Shown here: piece by piece, positions 36,275 through 48,851 of the stretch
How the letters are laid out: each line of letters starts with the position of its first letter
Position numbering within the stretch: position 1 is the stretch's first letter
Source of the DNA: Macrostomum lignano
Lineage: Eukaryota
DNA: 64,000 nt
NCBI GenBank assembly: GCA_002269645.1
Contig: NIVC01003225.1
Span: 1 to 64,000 of the forward strand
Direction: 5' to 3'
Program-made: the position numbers and the translations under genes
The notes under the pieces: model-generated
What the model saw: the letters and a program-made list of their open reading frames with translations, nothing else
Database searches by the model: none
What the model was told of the DNA's origin: nothing

Positions 36275-36670
36275 TCTATATTCGCTCCTCTCTTCCTTCT
36301 CTACTCTTCCCTCTTCTCTCCCCTCTCCTCTTTCCTCGCCTCTCTCCCCTCTTCTCTCCCCTCTCTTCTCTCCCTTCTCCCCCTTCTCCTCTCACCCTTT
36401 TTCTGTCCCCTCTCCTCTCTCCCCTCTTCTCTCTCCTCTCCTCTCTCCCCTCTTCTCTCCCTTCTTTTCTCTCCCCCTCTCTCCTTTCTCTCTTCTCTCC
36501 TCTCTTCTCTCCCCTCTCTTCTCACCCCTCTTCTCTTCCCTCTCCTCTCTCCCTTCTTCTCTCTTCTACCCCTTCTTTCTTCTCTCTCCTTTTTTCTCTT
36601 TTATCTTCTCTCCCCTTCTCTCTTCTCTTAACTCTTCTCTCTTCTATCTTTCCTCTCCTTTCCTCTCCTA
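36275..36670. repeat. CT-rich low-complexity tract, probably within a MITE
   Basis: (CTCTCCT)-like tract followed by GAGGTAAAAAATTT, similar to the reverse complement of the 24126 element start. Confidence 0.7.
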
Positions 36671-37813
36671 TCCGGGCCTCAGCCTTGACCTGCATTCTTT
36701 ACCCAGTCGAGGTAAAAAATTTCTACCATGCTCTACAAGCAATCAGACTTTTACTAAACTGAAATTTTATAAAGTAACGCCCTGCTAATTGTCTCGGACT
36801 AAGTCAGGACCGCGGAACACATTCGTCAAGAAATTAAGCTTTTTTTCAATTTTTTCATAGATTTCCAGATCCTAGTAGGAATTGGATAAAATGTGCAATC
36901 TTTGAGGCATTGGCAAACATTTTTCTTCTCAACCATTGAGTTCTCTAGCTGAAATTGCATCCCTTACAAGATGTATACTCAGCTCATCAAAGAAGCTTGA
37001 TTTCAAAACTCATGACCGGGAATCGCTAAGACGTCAATGATAATGGGGGAATTGCTGAGATGTCAAGGCTCATGGGGAATTGCTGATATGTCGAAACTCA
37101 TGAGGGAGATGCTGAAATTCTGTGGCTCATGGGGCTGCTCAGATGCTTTGAGTTAAAGCTAATATAGTGGATGCTGATGGCTGAGGCTATATTTAATGAC
37201 TTTCAGTGTGAATATGTTTTTTAGTTTTAAACATCATTAATTTCCGTAAGAATTAATACTAATGACTGTACAAGGTCAAAACCGATGTGAATTTTATGCA
37301 AATTACTCGTCTATTTTTTTTCGTTTCTGTGTTGCCTCCCCGAACGGGGGGGGGTTGCGCAAATTGCTAGTCCAGATACTAAAAATTACCTCTATAATTG
37401 AATACATGTAGTTTTCATGTTTGAAAAATTCGTGAAGTTAAAAATAGGAACGAAGTTACTCCGTAATGAGGTTTTCTATCGCATTTTTACATTGATGCAG
37501 TGGGCGGACAAGGAGGCACTGGCGCACAAATTTCGCTTATTTCGCATGTCTACATGAAAATGTAAACAAAACCTTAGCGTACAAATGTTCCTTGAATTTT
37601 CGAATCTGGCGTATCTTATGGTGCAATTTGATTAATTTTGGTTTTTGCCGGGATAAAAATAGACAAGTTGGTGCCTTTGCTGACAGGCTCAAATTTGTAT
37701 AAAAGTTGATGGAATTGAGAGATGAAGCCGCCAAATTTAACAACTCACAATCAAGCCAACTGTTAGCAATTAGTGTCTAATAGGACAAATTCTTTTAGTT
37801 AGCTAATCCAAAG

Positions 37814-39299
37814 ATGTGTTCGGTGATTGCGTTTTGCATACTGATTGCCAGCATTACCTGCACCTGCGGGGCCTGCGGCAGTCGCTTGAAGAAACCGTGC
37901 GAAATCAAGAAGGCTGTGGAAACTGCGGCGCCCAGAACACGGTTGCTGCCAAGGGTAAGTTGTTGCTAATTGGCTTTGGTTAATTATATCGCTGCTAATT
38001 GTATCAGATTAAGTACACAGGCTGTCTATCGGCCAGCCCTGGCTCTCTTTTTGAGTAGAGCAGGGGTCAGCAAACATATTACCTCAAAAACCAGTAGAAA
38101 ATACAGCTTATGGCTGCAGTCTATGGAAAGGAAACTAGAAAGGAAACTAGAAAGGATAAAAGATCAGAGGTGAGATGAGAGAAAATGGGAGAGTAGGGAA
38201 GGCAGGGAGGGGAGAGAAGAGGAGAGAGAGAGAAGAGGCGGGGAAAGAGGAGAGGGGAGAGAGGAGAGAGATGAGAAGAGATGAAGGGGAGAGACGGGGA
38301 GAGAGGAGAGGGGAGAGAGAAGAGCGAGAAAAAGAGAAAGAACTGCATGAGAAGAGACACAAACCTTGAGTGGGCCGGATTGCTATTGCGAAGTTTCAAA
38401 GGATCCGAAGGCCGGTGGCCCGCGGGCCTCAGTTTTCCGAGCCCTGGAGTAGAGCATTATGTAGGAATCCAACCCAGGAACTTTCTATATGGGTATCGAA
38501 TACCGTAGCCCATACATGTCAATCATACATGTAGGTCTAAGTTATATGTTCTATTTATTTAACGCTTCATCGATTTTCAGTTGTAGCTAAAAATACCTTT
38601 TGTTGAGCACATATACCTCTACGCTATATGTAGTTAAATAATGTATTAACATGACATGTTACGCATGCAAAATGTCTCCATTGATTGCAACCTTAAATAT
38701 TGTAGATAAGCGTCGGAGTAGTGGGTGACGATGAAATCAGACCAGATGGTAAGAGAATTTTACCATTTTAACAAGTGTTTTTTGTCTCTATGCGCCTGAA
38801 TATATGTCACTTTGGTGTGCTGGCACCCCTGGTGCTGGTGCTAGTTTATTTGTACTTCTGGAGTATTAATGGGCCAAGCGTTATTTACTCGATCCCCGCA
38901 GCTTTAAGCGCAATTGGCCCGCTAACTTGCTTCAATCCACTGGCGCTCGTCCGTTTGTCAGAGCAAATACCAGCGCAAAACTGTAGCAACTTGTCTGACA
39001 CTTTCCGAGTCGTGAACGATTCCTTGATCGTCCGAGTTACAGGTGTCTACCTGCTCAAGGCTCGATTGTCCGGTAATGTGTCATTCGAAATTCGCTTGAA
39101 CAGCCGAGACACTGTGCTGAGCTGCGACGCTCAGCGGACAAACAGCTGTCGGATTGTGGACTGGATCGAGTTGCGCGCCGGGGACGCCCTGCGCATTTTT
39201 GCTATGACGGATGCGAGCTCCGTGAGAACATTCTTTGGCGAAACCAATCTCAATCTTATGCTGATGCCCAAGATTGATGCTCGTCTTGATCAACATTAA
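37814..39299 (+). CDS. TNF-superfamily-like ligand; exons 37814-37954, 38706-38748, 38902-39299 (193 aa or longer)
   Basis: Canonical GT/AG sites with matching phases (0, then 1). Hydrophobic VIAFCILIASITC segment. THD-like strands LIVRVTGVYLLKARL, IELRAGDALRIF and RTFFG. Confidence 0.7.
38061..38446. mobile_element. hAT (Charlie-like) MITE in an intron, with a GA-rich core
   Basis: Ends CAGGGGTCAGCAAAC / GTTTTCCGAGCCCTG; 8 bp TSD GAGTAGAG at 38053-38060 and 38447-38454. Confidence 0.9.
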
Positions 39300-40589
39300 C
39301 TAGCCTGCTGTTTATCGCGGGCTGTGTGTTTTCTAGCGCATGTGTTAGCATTGGGAATTGAACCATGATTGAAATTGATCGACTCTCTTAGATATCAGGG
39401 ATGGGATAGCTCACAAAAATTAAATTCAGTTTTCCAGCCTTGTATATGCGCGTCAGTTTATCCAATAGACAATATATGTGGGTCCTGAAGGGGATCAAAA
39501 GCGATAATTTGTTGGGTAGCTGAACAGTCGCTTAAAAATTGACTCATAACTTGTACTTTTGAGGTGCTTCTGTGCTTTATCCTTTAAAAATTTTAAGGGC
39601 TGCGATCGATGGATCGATAAAACAGTCACGGAGGCTGCCCTGGAAAGCAGTAGATGGATACTGTTGCCAGTTAACTTTTATTGTAGTAAATTCCCTCAAG
39701 TTATATTTATTCTGCTTATAATTTACATACGACTGAATACGTACTAGATGTAAATCATGGGCACGCTTCCTTCAAGGATTACTGCAGCAGGACTTTTTTA
39801 CAAATGAATTTCAGAACTGATAAAAAAGTATTTGATTTTTCTATAACTTGCTCAAGTTGTTTTAATCGATCCGGCTGTTTTGTTTGATTTGTTATAAATC
39901 AAATTCCGGATATTTTTTATTTAGCTAATTACTGAAGTATAATGCAATGCTTAGTTAGAATACAATTTAATTACAAACTGTTCTTGTTAATCAACTTTAA
40001 TGTGACATTACGGCCAATAACAGAGCCGATCTCTCGCTCATCTGATTATGTAATCCCTTTGGTATTGTTTTAGCTTATAATGTGAAATGAAAGCGTGTTG
40101 TACATATATTCCAGTCCATCTCTCTCCTGCACTAATCCTTATCAACATGCTTGAAAACATGCTTTAATTACAATTATACAAGCAACTTCAGCTTTCGATT
40201 AGTATATTGCTAATTTTTCCAACCATCGGAAATTGCATGTCTGTGCATCCTGCGTATTCCATGTCGACATGGTACATGTACGTCATGTGTGAATTGAAAC
40301 GGTTCTAATTCATCATCATTATGCCGTAGCTAATTTGTCATCTCATGAAATATCATGCTCAAGTAGCTACTATTCTATAGTTTGTACAGTATGAGTTTCA
40401 AGCAAAAAATCTATAAAAGTCGTTTTAATTGATAAACGATACGGCAATAGTGGCGTAAAAAATAATATCCACGTAGAAGCGACGCATTGCGAATTATCTG
40501 ACAGTCAAACGTAACAACGTACATGTTATTATAGTGTACATGTACATGCATGCATACATGTACATGAACTACTGAATCTGGTTCCGGCG

Positions 40590-41520
40590 CCGGCACTGAA
40601 CCTGGCCGGCGACACCCCGGAGAAGCGCAAGAATAAACTGCGCGACTTCTTCGCCGGCATCGTAAACGCGCCCGCGTCGCCGCTGCCCGCCAGCTTTGCG
40701 CTTCCACTGGACACGCCGCTCCCAGCTGAGGAGGACTTCTGCGCCCATCAGTCACCACGGTGGACGTTGTGCTGTTCGCTCGAAAAACATCAGGTGGCAA
40801 GGCGCTCGGCCCCGGCGAAGTCCCGGTCGCGACGATGCGGCTCCGCTATGTGGCCTCCCAGGTCACAGGCGTCATGAGCCGCCGTGCTCGCCGGCGCCCC
40901 GCGCCCACCGAGTTGACCGTCGCGCATCTCGTGCCGACCCCAAAGAAGGCAGGGACAAAGCGGAAAGAAGACCACTGCGGGATCTCGCTGATGTCCTGCA
41001 CCGCGAATCTCTTCAACAGGCTGCTGCTCGATCGTCTGCAGTCGGTGCTGGACCTGCGGTACGAGCAGAACGGATTTTGGCCCCAGTACAGTGCCTCAGA
41101 TCCTCGCATTCTGCCGTGTCATCGAGGAGGCGCGCATCCGCCATGCAGTCTACGCCGATCATTTTCTTCGTTGACTTTCGAAATGCATTTGACTCGGTGC
41201 TGAGAGCCGCGCTTCCCTTTGTCCTTCGAGCCTACCGGGTACCCCAGCAGCTAATTGATGCTGTCATGGCACTGTATTGCGACACTCTCGAGCTGCTGTG
41301 GTGACGGCGGTCGGCCTGTTTGACCTGTTCGACACTTCATCAGGAGTTCTACAAGTGGGCCTGTTCTAGTGGGGTCAGGCCCAAACTCGTCGATACGTGG
41401 ACTGCCTCTTGTGCGACGCTGGGGCGCCCGACACTGCTAACGGGGTGGACTTTGTTTGGCGCGGAGCTCCCAGGCTCTGCGGCGTGCACCATCTGACGCA
41501 CCCTTGTTGTTGTTGCTGCT
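40590..41520 (+). mobile_element. RTE-like LINE fragment (RT N-terminal part joined to the 3' end)
   Basis: GISLMSCTANLFNRLL, EQNGF and FVDFRNAFDSV RT motifs. The 3' end CCATCTGACGCACC plus TTG tail is shared with the 30765 copy. Confidence 0.8.
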
Positions 41521-41759
41521 ATTGTTGTTCATCAAAATTGGAAGCACAGTACTAGTATCCAGTTAAAGTTACTAGAGCTAATCGAACGAGAACAAGGTCC
41601 CCAGGTTTGCTACACTGCTAAGAGCTAGGGCGGTATTCCATTATACAGAAATGTCTTGTCTTGTTGCCAGAATCAATAAGGCTAATCTGGTAGCGATGCT
41701 CGTTTAATAAATAATAGAGAAATGAAGGCCAACACCAACATATAAGAAATTATTATAAT

Positions 41760-41798
41760 AGCCAACGCGTTTCGACACAAGCGGTCATCTTCAGGGCT
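41760..41798 (-). ncRNA. Minimal hammerhead ribozyme (type I) in the Penelope pLTR
   Basis: Minus strand AGCC-CTGAAGA-T-GAC CGCTTGT GTC-GAAA-CGCG-TT-GGCT: core motifs, stem I AGCC/GGCT, stem II GAC/GTC and palindromic stem III ACGCGT. Confidence 0.7.
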
Positions 41799-41999
41799 TG
41801 CACTCATGATTCACAGTTCAGTATACTTAAATAGAGAAAATCAAAAACTGTACATGGCAATAGACAAATGGGTTCAGTCCGGTCGATAATTGTACATTAA
41901 GAGACGAAACTATAATAAATTATTTGGCCATCACACAGAAAACGCAACCACAGAGCAAACAATATTGGCGGGGAGAGAGCCTCAAACCCACACCAAAGC

Positions 42000-42398
42000 C
42001 TAGAAAACCTTGAGCTGTAAACTGGCTCCTCCACCTGCAAGCTGAGTATTCAAACTAGGTCTATGATGCTTAATGTGCAAGGCTTCCAGCACTCTGAGCT
42101 TGCCATCAAATCTACATCTATCCAAAACAGTGAAAAGCTCAGTCGGCTCATGCTCGGCATTGCAACTAAGCAAGTGATCATGCACAGCAGAGTTATTCAT
42201 TCTATGCTCCCTAGCCCTAGTGTACAGGTGCCTTTTGGTTTTTCCGATGTAGGAAATGCTCTGATCACCAGAGCAACAAAATTGATAGATGACACCAGCA
42301 GACAGAGCTCTAGGGGCCTTCGACTTCAACTTGCTAACAAACTGGCCAATTTTGGCGGTCTGAAACACAACCATGACCCGAGAGTTGAAATACTTCAA
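42000..42398 (-). CDS. Penelope GIY-YIG endonuclease (truncated ORF)
   Basis: YQFCC..SYIGKTKRHLYTRAREH...LEALHIKHHRPSLNTQL. Confidence 0.9.
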   Translation of the reverse strand: MKYFNSRVMVVFQTAKIGQFVSKLKSKAPRALSAGVIYQFCCSGDQSISYIGKTKRHLYTRAREHRMNNSAVHDHLLSCNAEHEPTELFTVLDRCRFDGKLRVLEALHIKHHRPSLNTQLAGGGASLQLKVF

Positions 42399-43161
42399 GA
42401 AAGTTCTTTTAAGCTTCTTTTCCAGACTCAGGGACGGGACTCCAAGGAATGGGAGTTTGCGTTTGTGTCGAAACGCGTTGGCTATTATAATAATTTCTTA
42501 TATGTTGGTGTTGGCCTTCATTTCTCAATAAGGCTAATGTTTTATGCATACTAGTTATAATGTTTATGCTTATGTTTATGCAACATAAGTTATAATGATA
42601 CTGGTTTGGTTTATTGCTTAAACTAAAGTATGGTTTTAGTATGTAAAGACGGACAAAGTATTTGTAAATTGTATTTTTTGTTATATCTATCTTAAACTTA
42701 AAAAGTTCCTGGAAAACAGAAACGGCTATTAGACAGGCCTTTTGTGGTAGGCGCGGCCTCCCACTGCTCCCACCGAACGAAACTTTGTTTCCGCCGAGTG
42801 GATTTGCTCACCCAGTGAATTGCGCATTTTTTTGACGTCATTCCCTGTGAGGAATCCGCTTTTCGCCTAATGTAAATTTCCCTTCCCACCTCCCGTAATG
42901 TTTTGTTTTACAAACATCCCGTGTTTTTCCCTAGGGTCCACCCGGTGTTTATTCGTCACCACCCGGTGTACCCTCCTCTCTCCCCACCTGGTGTCTCTCC
43001 TGTCCCACCCGGGGTAAGCCCTTTTTCCTCCCGGTGGCTCATAAGAGCACGTTTAAGAGTCTGCGCCCCTCCTTTCCAGCCAGACTCTCGACTGGAACCC
43101 CCCTTCTCATTTGAATTTCACCCGTCCCGAACTCCGAGCTCCAGATATTCGAGGGGACCCT

Positions 43162-43536
43162 AGTAGTATATACGATACAAAATTGCCAGCAAACCGTTCT
43201 CATAATTCAATCAATTTAACCCTTTATCAGTGTGAAATGACTCATTTTCCCTTCACATCGCTCGTCTTCACTTCGCTCGTGTTCATTACCGCTCGTCTTC
43301 ACTCCGCTCAACTCGCTCCGCCCATCCTCGCTTCATTTCTGTCAATTTCCCAATTTCACACTTACAACACTTCCCAACACTTCCAACACTTCCAACACTT
43401 CCAACACTTCGAACACTTCGAACACTTCCAACACTTCCAACACTTCCAACACTTCCAACACTTCCAACACTAACAAACACTCTATAACCCCAGGCCGCGC
43501 CGCAGGCGCGAAGGGTCTTTTTCTGTTACTAAAAAT
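43162..43536 (+). repeat. Polinton terminal repeat, copy 1 (contains (CCAACACTT)n)
   Basis: Colinear and highly similar to 55769-56138. Confidence 0.92.
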
Positions 43537-43544
43537 AGACAAAA

Positions 43545-43955
43545 ATGACACACGTTACACATATACAAAATCTGAATGAATTTCAAATAGGAGACCCAGT
43601 TGAATACCGAGGTGAGGGTCTTTTTGATGTGGTTGGAACAGCAGCAAATTTCGTTAAAGATAATATGGGTCTTATAGGCCAAGCAGGCTCTGCAGCAGGA
43701 TCTATAACAAACGCTGTAAAGGGCGGAATCGAAGCAGCTAGGGCAGCAGAAGAACTAAAGAAATTGAGAGAATTTAACGACACCCTCTCACAAATAAAAG
43801 CAATAAAAGATTTGAAACTAGCGCAGGAAGCAACTCAAGCCGCACAACCAACAGAAACCCCCACGAAAAGCACACCAATAAGTAATAAAGATATTCAGGA
43901 TTTTAATAAAATGTTAACCACAATTAAAGGCGGAAAAGGATTAAAGAAATTTTAA
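43545..43955 (+). CDS. Polinton hypothetical virion-core-like protein (136 aa)
   Basis: Intact ORF directly after the terminal repeat; Gly/Ala-rich amphipathic segment; GEGL and KGGKGL motifs. Confidence 0.7.
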   Translation: MTHVTHIQNLNEFQIGDPVEYRGEGLFDVVGTAANFVKDNMGLIGQAGSAAGSITNAVKGGIEAARAAEELKKLREFNDTLSQIKAIKDLKLAQEATQAAQPTETPTKSTPISNKDIQDFNKMLTTIKGGKGLKKF

Positions 43956-43965
43956 CAATATAAAA

Positions 43966-44955
43966 ATGGACTCAGTTAATAACGATCGGCTATATTTTAT
44001 AGGAGAAATTGTGGATACTTTAAATCTAGACGATAACAAACATAGTCACGCAATGTTAAAAAGATTGGATCGCTTAGGCAAAAAACTTGACTATGATATC
44101 GATACATTTAAACTTGCTTCAAAATATGCAAAAGAAGGAAGGCCAATATCCTTTAAGAATCACGGTAGAAACTATAGGCTAACAGACTCCGATGTGAAAT
44201 TTTTATTGGAGACTCACACTAAAAAGGACGGCGGGTTGCTACCCATTTTACCAATACTTTTGGGTCTCGGAGCAGCCGGAGCAACCGGATTAGCAGCCAA
44301 AAGAATTCACGATAACAGAAAACAATTAGCTGAATTAAAAGCAAAAGAAGGGGGTATATTACCCCTCGCAACTTTGCTCCCAATAATTTTTGCAGGAATA
44401 GGAGCAGCCGGTGGAATAGCGGGAGGAGCCGCCGGAATCACAAAGGCAGTAAATGACAAAAAAGCAGCGGATGAAAAAGCTTAAAGAGATGCTGAATTTC
44501 AAAGACAGCAAATAACGCAGGACGCACAATTCAAACAAAAACTTATAGATACAATTAATAGTATCTCAGCAACAGCAGAACAAAAAAGAAATGCAGAAGC
44601 TAAATTAGCAGCCGGAAAAGGTTTAATTTTAAAAGGTACAAATCACGGCGACGGTTTAATTTTAAAAGGAACAACCCAAGGAAGCGGAGTTGTCGCAGAT
44701 AAACTACATGAGTTTGGGCAAACTTTAGAAAAAACGGGTGAGAAAGCTAAAGGATTTTTTGACAATATTGGAGCTAATTTTAGGCCAGCCGTTCAGAAGA
44801 TTTTTAATAAATTGGGAAAAGATTTTAACATAATTGAAAAACACGACGGAAGTGGATTATATCTCGAAATGCGACCAAAAGCAGGTTCAGGAATCTTCTT
44901 AAATGCAAACGTTATGGGCAGCGGACTACTGTTACCGAAAGCGGATCTCGAATAA
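43966..44955 (+). CDS. Polinton pX/core-like protein (329 aa with an in-frame TAA at 44482)
   Basis: DGGLLPILPILLGLG and EGGILPLATLLPIIFAGIGAAGGIAGG resemble adenoviral pX. The frame continues past 44484 with repeated G(K/D/S)G-hydrophobic motifs to TAA at 44953. Confidence 0.7.
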
Positions 44956-44981
44956 ATATTATATAAATTTTATTCTATAAA

Positions 44982-47900
44982 GTGGAACAAAGACTGACCC
45001 CAGATCAGATTCGACAACTTCTTGCAAATGAGCGCGAACAGTTCAATCGATTACAAAGACAGGTTGAACAAATTGAACAGCGCCAAAGACAAAGAGAAAG
45101 ACAGAGAGCAAGAGAAAGACAGAGAGCGAGAGAAAGAGAAAGGCAAAGACAAAGAGAAAAACAAATAGAAGATCAGCAAATAAAAGAATTAGCAAATAAT
45201 ATAAGGGCATGAAATGAAATGAAGCGTTTAATAGAAAACGCTGAATATGAAAAAAGAATAGCAGAATTAGAAAAAAACCAAAAGAAACCCATACGTCGGA
45301 AACCGCGGAATAAATCGGATGAAAAACCACTAGAAGAGTTTATTAGGGTTTATCGATTTGAACCAATGCAGAACGTCCTAGATTGAAACCCAACTTTCAA
45401 ACGGATATAGTGTTGAAATTACAAACGCAAGAGTACAATATTTTTATAACAAAACCGGAGATGATCGCGAAGAGATTAATCAATACCTAGCAACATTTTA
45501 TAATATAAGTCAGTTTCAAGCTTGGTTTAAACATTTGGTAGAAAACTACGACATGAATTTAAGTGTGTTTTACGGAAGACTTAAAATGACACCAAATGAA
45601 ATTACACTTAAACACGAAAGGTCAAAGCAGGGTATGGGCACAAACGTCATGTGTGAAATTAGTGAATATCAAGACGAGTACTGTTACATACCTAGTGATG
45701 GAAATTGTTTCTACAAGTGTGTTCAATTTATTTATGGTGATAAAGCCCCATCCAAAGACGAATATTGTGCTTGGTTGTACGACTCAAGAACCCAAAGAGG
45801 TTTAATGACAAATTCAAGAATTGGAAAATTCAATGAATATTTTAATCTGAACATAGGGTTGTATAATCCTAATAATCGTGGAATTGAACCGAAGTCTCAA
45901 AGAGGGATTCACCACGACTGGCTATTAATAAATTACTATCACACAGCCGATTATCACATTGGTCATTATTGCCTTATATCCAATAAACAAAGAGGAATCG
46001 CCCTCGATCGGATAAAAGACAATTATAAAGTAGTATTTAAAAACCCAACGTCTGAAAATGTTAAAGAGCTAAAAATTTTCAACACATCCACAAATCCCAA
46101 TAAATCAAATGTATACATATTTGATTTTGAAACATATTTAAATTATAATCAACAAGCATGCCCGTATGCAGTTGGTCTTTTAAACTATAACGACTTTTCT
46201 AATAATTGTAACGAAAGCCCAGAGACAATAAAGAAACTAACTAAGATCTTGATATCAGATCGCGGTTGTGATTTTCAAACAGACGGAGCTAAGGTTGACT
46301 GTGTTAGAAAAATGTTTAAATACCTTGGTACAGTTAGGTCAAAAAAGATTGTTTTGATGGCACACAACTCATCCCGCTTCGATTCGTACATACCACTATT
46401 TTGTAATATAAAACCAATTAAAATTCTTAAAACCCCAAGAGGAATATTATCAATCACTTTTGTAAACGATTACGCGTCAAAAGCGGTTAGGGCGTTTATA
46501 AACAAAGATAAGAAGAAGAATCACAAGGATTCGAAACAAACCATTATGATGCTTTGCTCATATCAACACGCCTCAATGAGTTTAAAAAAGTTTTGCTCGT
46601 CAATGACAATTAGAGAGGATTTGCGCAAGACCTCAATGGTTCATGAAATTACCGAACACGACTACCTAGAGCGCATGGATGAATGGTATGAATATTTACA
46701 ATTTGATCTTATTTCTTTATGTGCCTGTATTCATAAGTATAATGAAATAGCATATGAAATTGGAGGAATGACAATGTTTGATACTCTTACATGTTCGAGT
46801 TTAACATTAAAATGTTGGTTTAAAGATTTTGTTAGAGTTGAAGACAAAATGAAACAATACCTAAAGACAAAAGAAAAAAGTAATTACATTAAAAAAGTTG
46901 AAGAAATAATATCTCCGTTGAAAATCGAAGATTATTTTGACTTGAGCAAACTTGAAAAAATGAAATACCAAACACTATTAAGAAAATAATTTTCGGTTCA
47001 CTCTCATACCAATCCTTATATAGGAAGGTTTATGCGGGACGCAGTCAAAAGAGGCAGAGTATTTGCATTAATAAACAAATACGAAAGCGACTGTTTTCAA
47101 ACAATCGTAGACATCGTAAAAGATCATTTAAAAATACCGACAAGCGAGCCATGTGAGGTTATATCAACTTATCTCAAAAGCGACATGGAAGAAAAAAAGA
47201 AAATCGCAATTAAACTAAAAAACCAATTGGGTACTGTATCAGATTGCTTAATGAATTTTGATGGAGTCTCATTGTACCCATCCGCCATGTCTGATAAGGA
47301 TAGTGAATATCCAAGAGCAGAAAAGGCAGAGTTTTTGATATAAGTGAGGAAAATGATTTTTTGACACAATTTAATTCACAAACCTTTCGACCAAAAACAG
47401 CGGTTTTAAAGATTATGTATGAGAATCCCACCAGCGTTTTTCTTCAACATCTCCCATCGAAAGATAAAGAGAAATTTTATAATCCGGAAACAAAAGCAAA
47501 TGAAACAAAAGCATTAAATAGGTTTAGCAACGGAAAGGTAATCGACACCTTATGTTCCGTAGACATACAAGAAATTGTAAGAATGGGTGGAAAAATATTA
47601 AAGATATACAGCGGAATTGTATATGAAAAAAATTACGTTTCAGAATTATATTACAAACCTTTTTGAAATGAGAAAAGTATTTAAAAAAGAAAATAATGAG
47701 GCGGGTTCTGAATTGGTAAAAACATTGTTAAATTCCTTATATGGTAAAACAGTTCAAAGAGACATTACTTTCACAACTCATCTCTGGAATTTGCTAACAT
47801 TAAAAAAAGAATACGACGACATAATCAAGTCTAATGAGAAAATATGTGATGACTTATTTTATGTTGAAAGAAAGAAAGACACACAAGAATATTTAGATGA

Positions 47901-48547
47901 CGACGATATTCCTACAACAGGCCTTTGTCCGGCGCAATTAGGGATATTTATCTTAGCTCATTCAAGAAGGATCATGAATAATTTTATCACGTCTATAGAC
48001 GGCTCAAAGACTCCAGAAATTTATTACGGCGACACCGATTCGTTATATATACATAAAAAACATTGGGACACATTAAATAAAAACGGGCATGTCGGGAATA
48101 ATTTAAGTCAAGGAAAAACGATTATGGCGAGGGTGGAATTCTATTCGGATATTTTATCGCTCCTAAAATTAAATATTGTCTTTTGTTGAAAGACGATTTT
48201 ATTATGGAAGAGAAAAAACATTTAAAGGATGTGCAAATGATAAGGTCAATTTTGCATCGTTTAAAACTTTATATGATGGACAATCAATAAAAGTAAATAA
48301 TAATGCTCCGTGGAAACGATCGTTTGAAGGTGGTATAACAATCCCCCAAAGCGGCTCAACAATATCAAAAACATATACTTCTACGATAAACACATATAAA
48401 AGAGAAAAACCGGATAAAAACGGAGTTATGAAACCATTCTTTAAAAACTATTTTGATGACAAACCACAGCATGAACACTCAATTGAATATTATAACAGTT
48501 TACTATTTGACGTTGACTATAATTGTTTTGAGTTCGATATGAACTAG
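44982..48547 (+). pseudogene. Protein-primed family B DNA polymerase with an N-terminal OTU-like domain, multiply disrupted
   Basis: SDGNCF...GHY; Exo motifs FDFETY, AHNSSRFD and YLQFD; polymerase motifs FDGVSLYPSAM, KTLLNSLYGK and YGDTDS. Split over at least six ORFs. Confidence 0.93.
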
Positions 48548-48851
48548 CACTTATCAAAAACTAAAGCATGTAATTGTTTAAGCATAATATCCTTTTCAAT
48601 TTCAAATTTTATAGAACACCAATTGTCTTCACAGTCGGCAGGATAACTTAAACAATCTTTTATTTTTTTCCTAAGTACTTTTATTCGTCTAACCAACCTA
48701 TCAATTTCAATTTCAATTTCGTTCTCCGAATCACTGGTTTCGTATGAACTATTTGTTGAGTCGGAATCTTCTGAACGAACCTCCCAATCGTCTGAATTTA
48801 AATAATCTCCAAGTTGAAATATTAACTCACCCTCTTGTTCTAGATCATACT
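48544..48851 (-). CDS. Polinton acidic ORFx homolog (5' truncated), convergent with pPolB
   Basis: YDLEQEGELIFQLGDYLNSDDWEVRSEDSDST... is closely similar to 56294-56420; its stop overlaps the pPolB stop. Confidence 0.75.

Larger units (their letters stand above)
41717..42526 (-). mobile_element. 5'-truncated Penelope-like element with inverted pseudo-LTR
   Basis: GIY-YIG ORF 42000-42398; 64 bp inverted repeat 41717-41780 / 42463-42526. Confidence 0.88.
43162..48851 (+). mobile_element. Polinton/Maverick (adintovirus-like) element 1, right end truncated
   Basis: AGTAGT terminus at 43162; about 375 bp terminal region shared with 55769; AT-rich intronless genes including pPolB. Confidence 0.92.
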
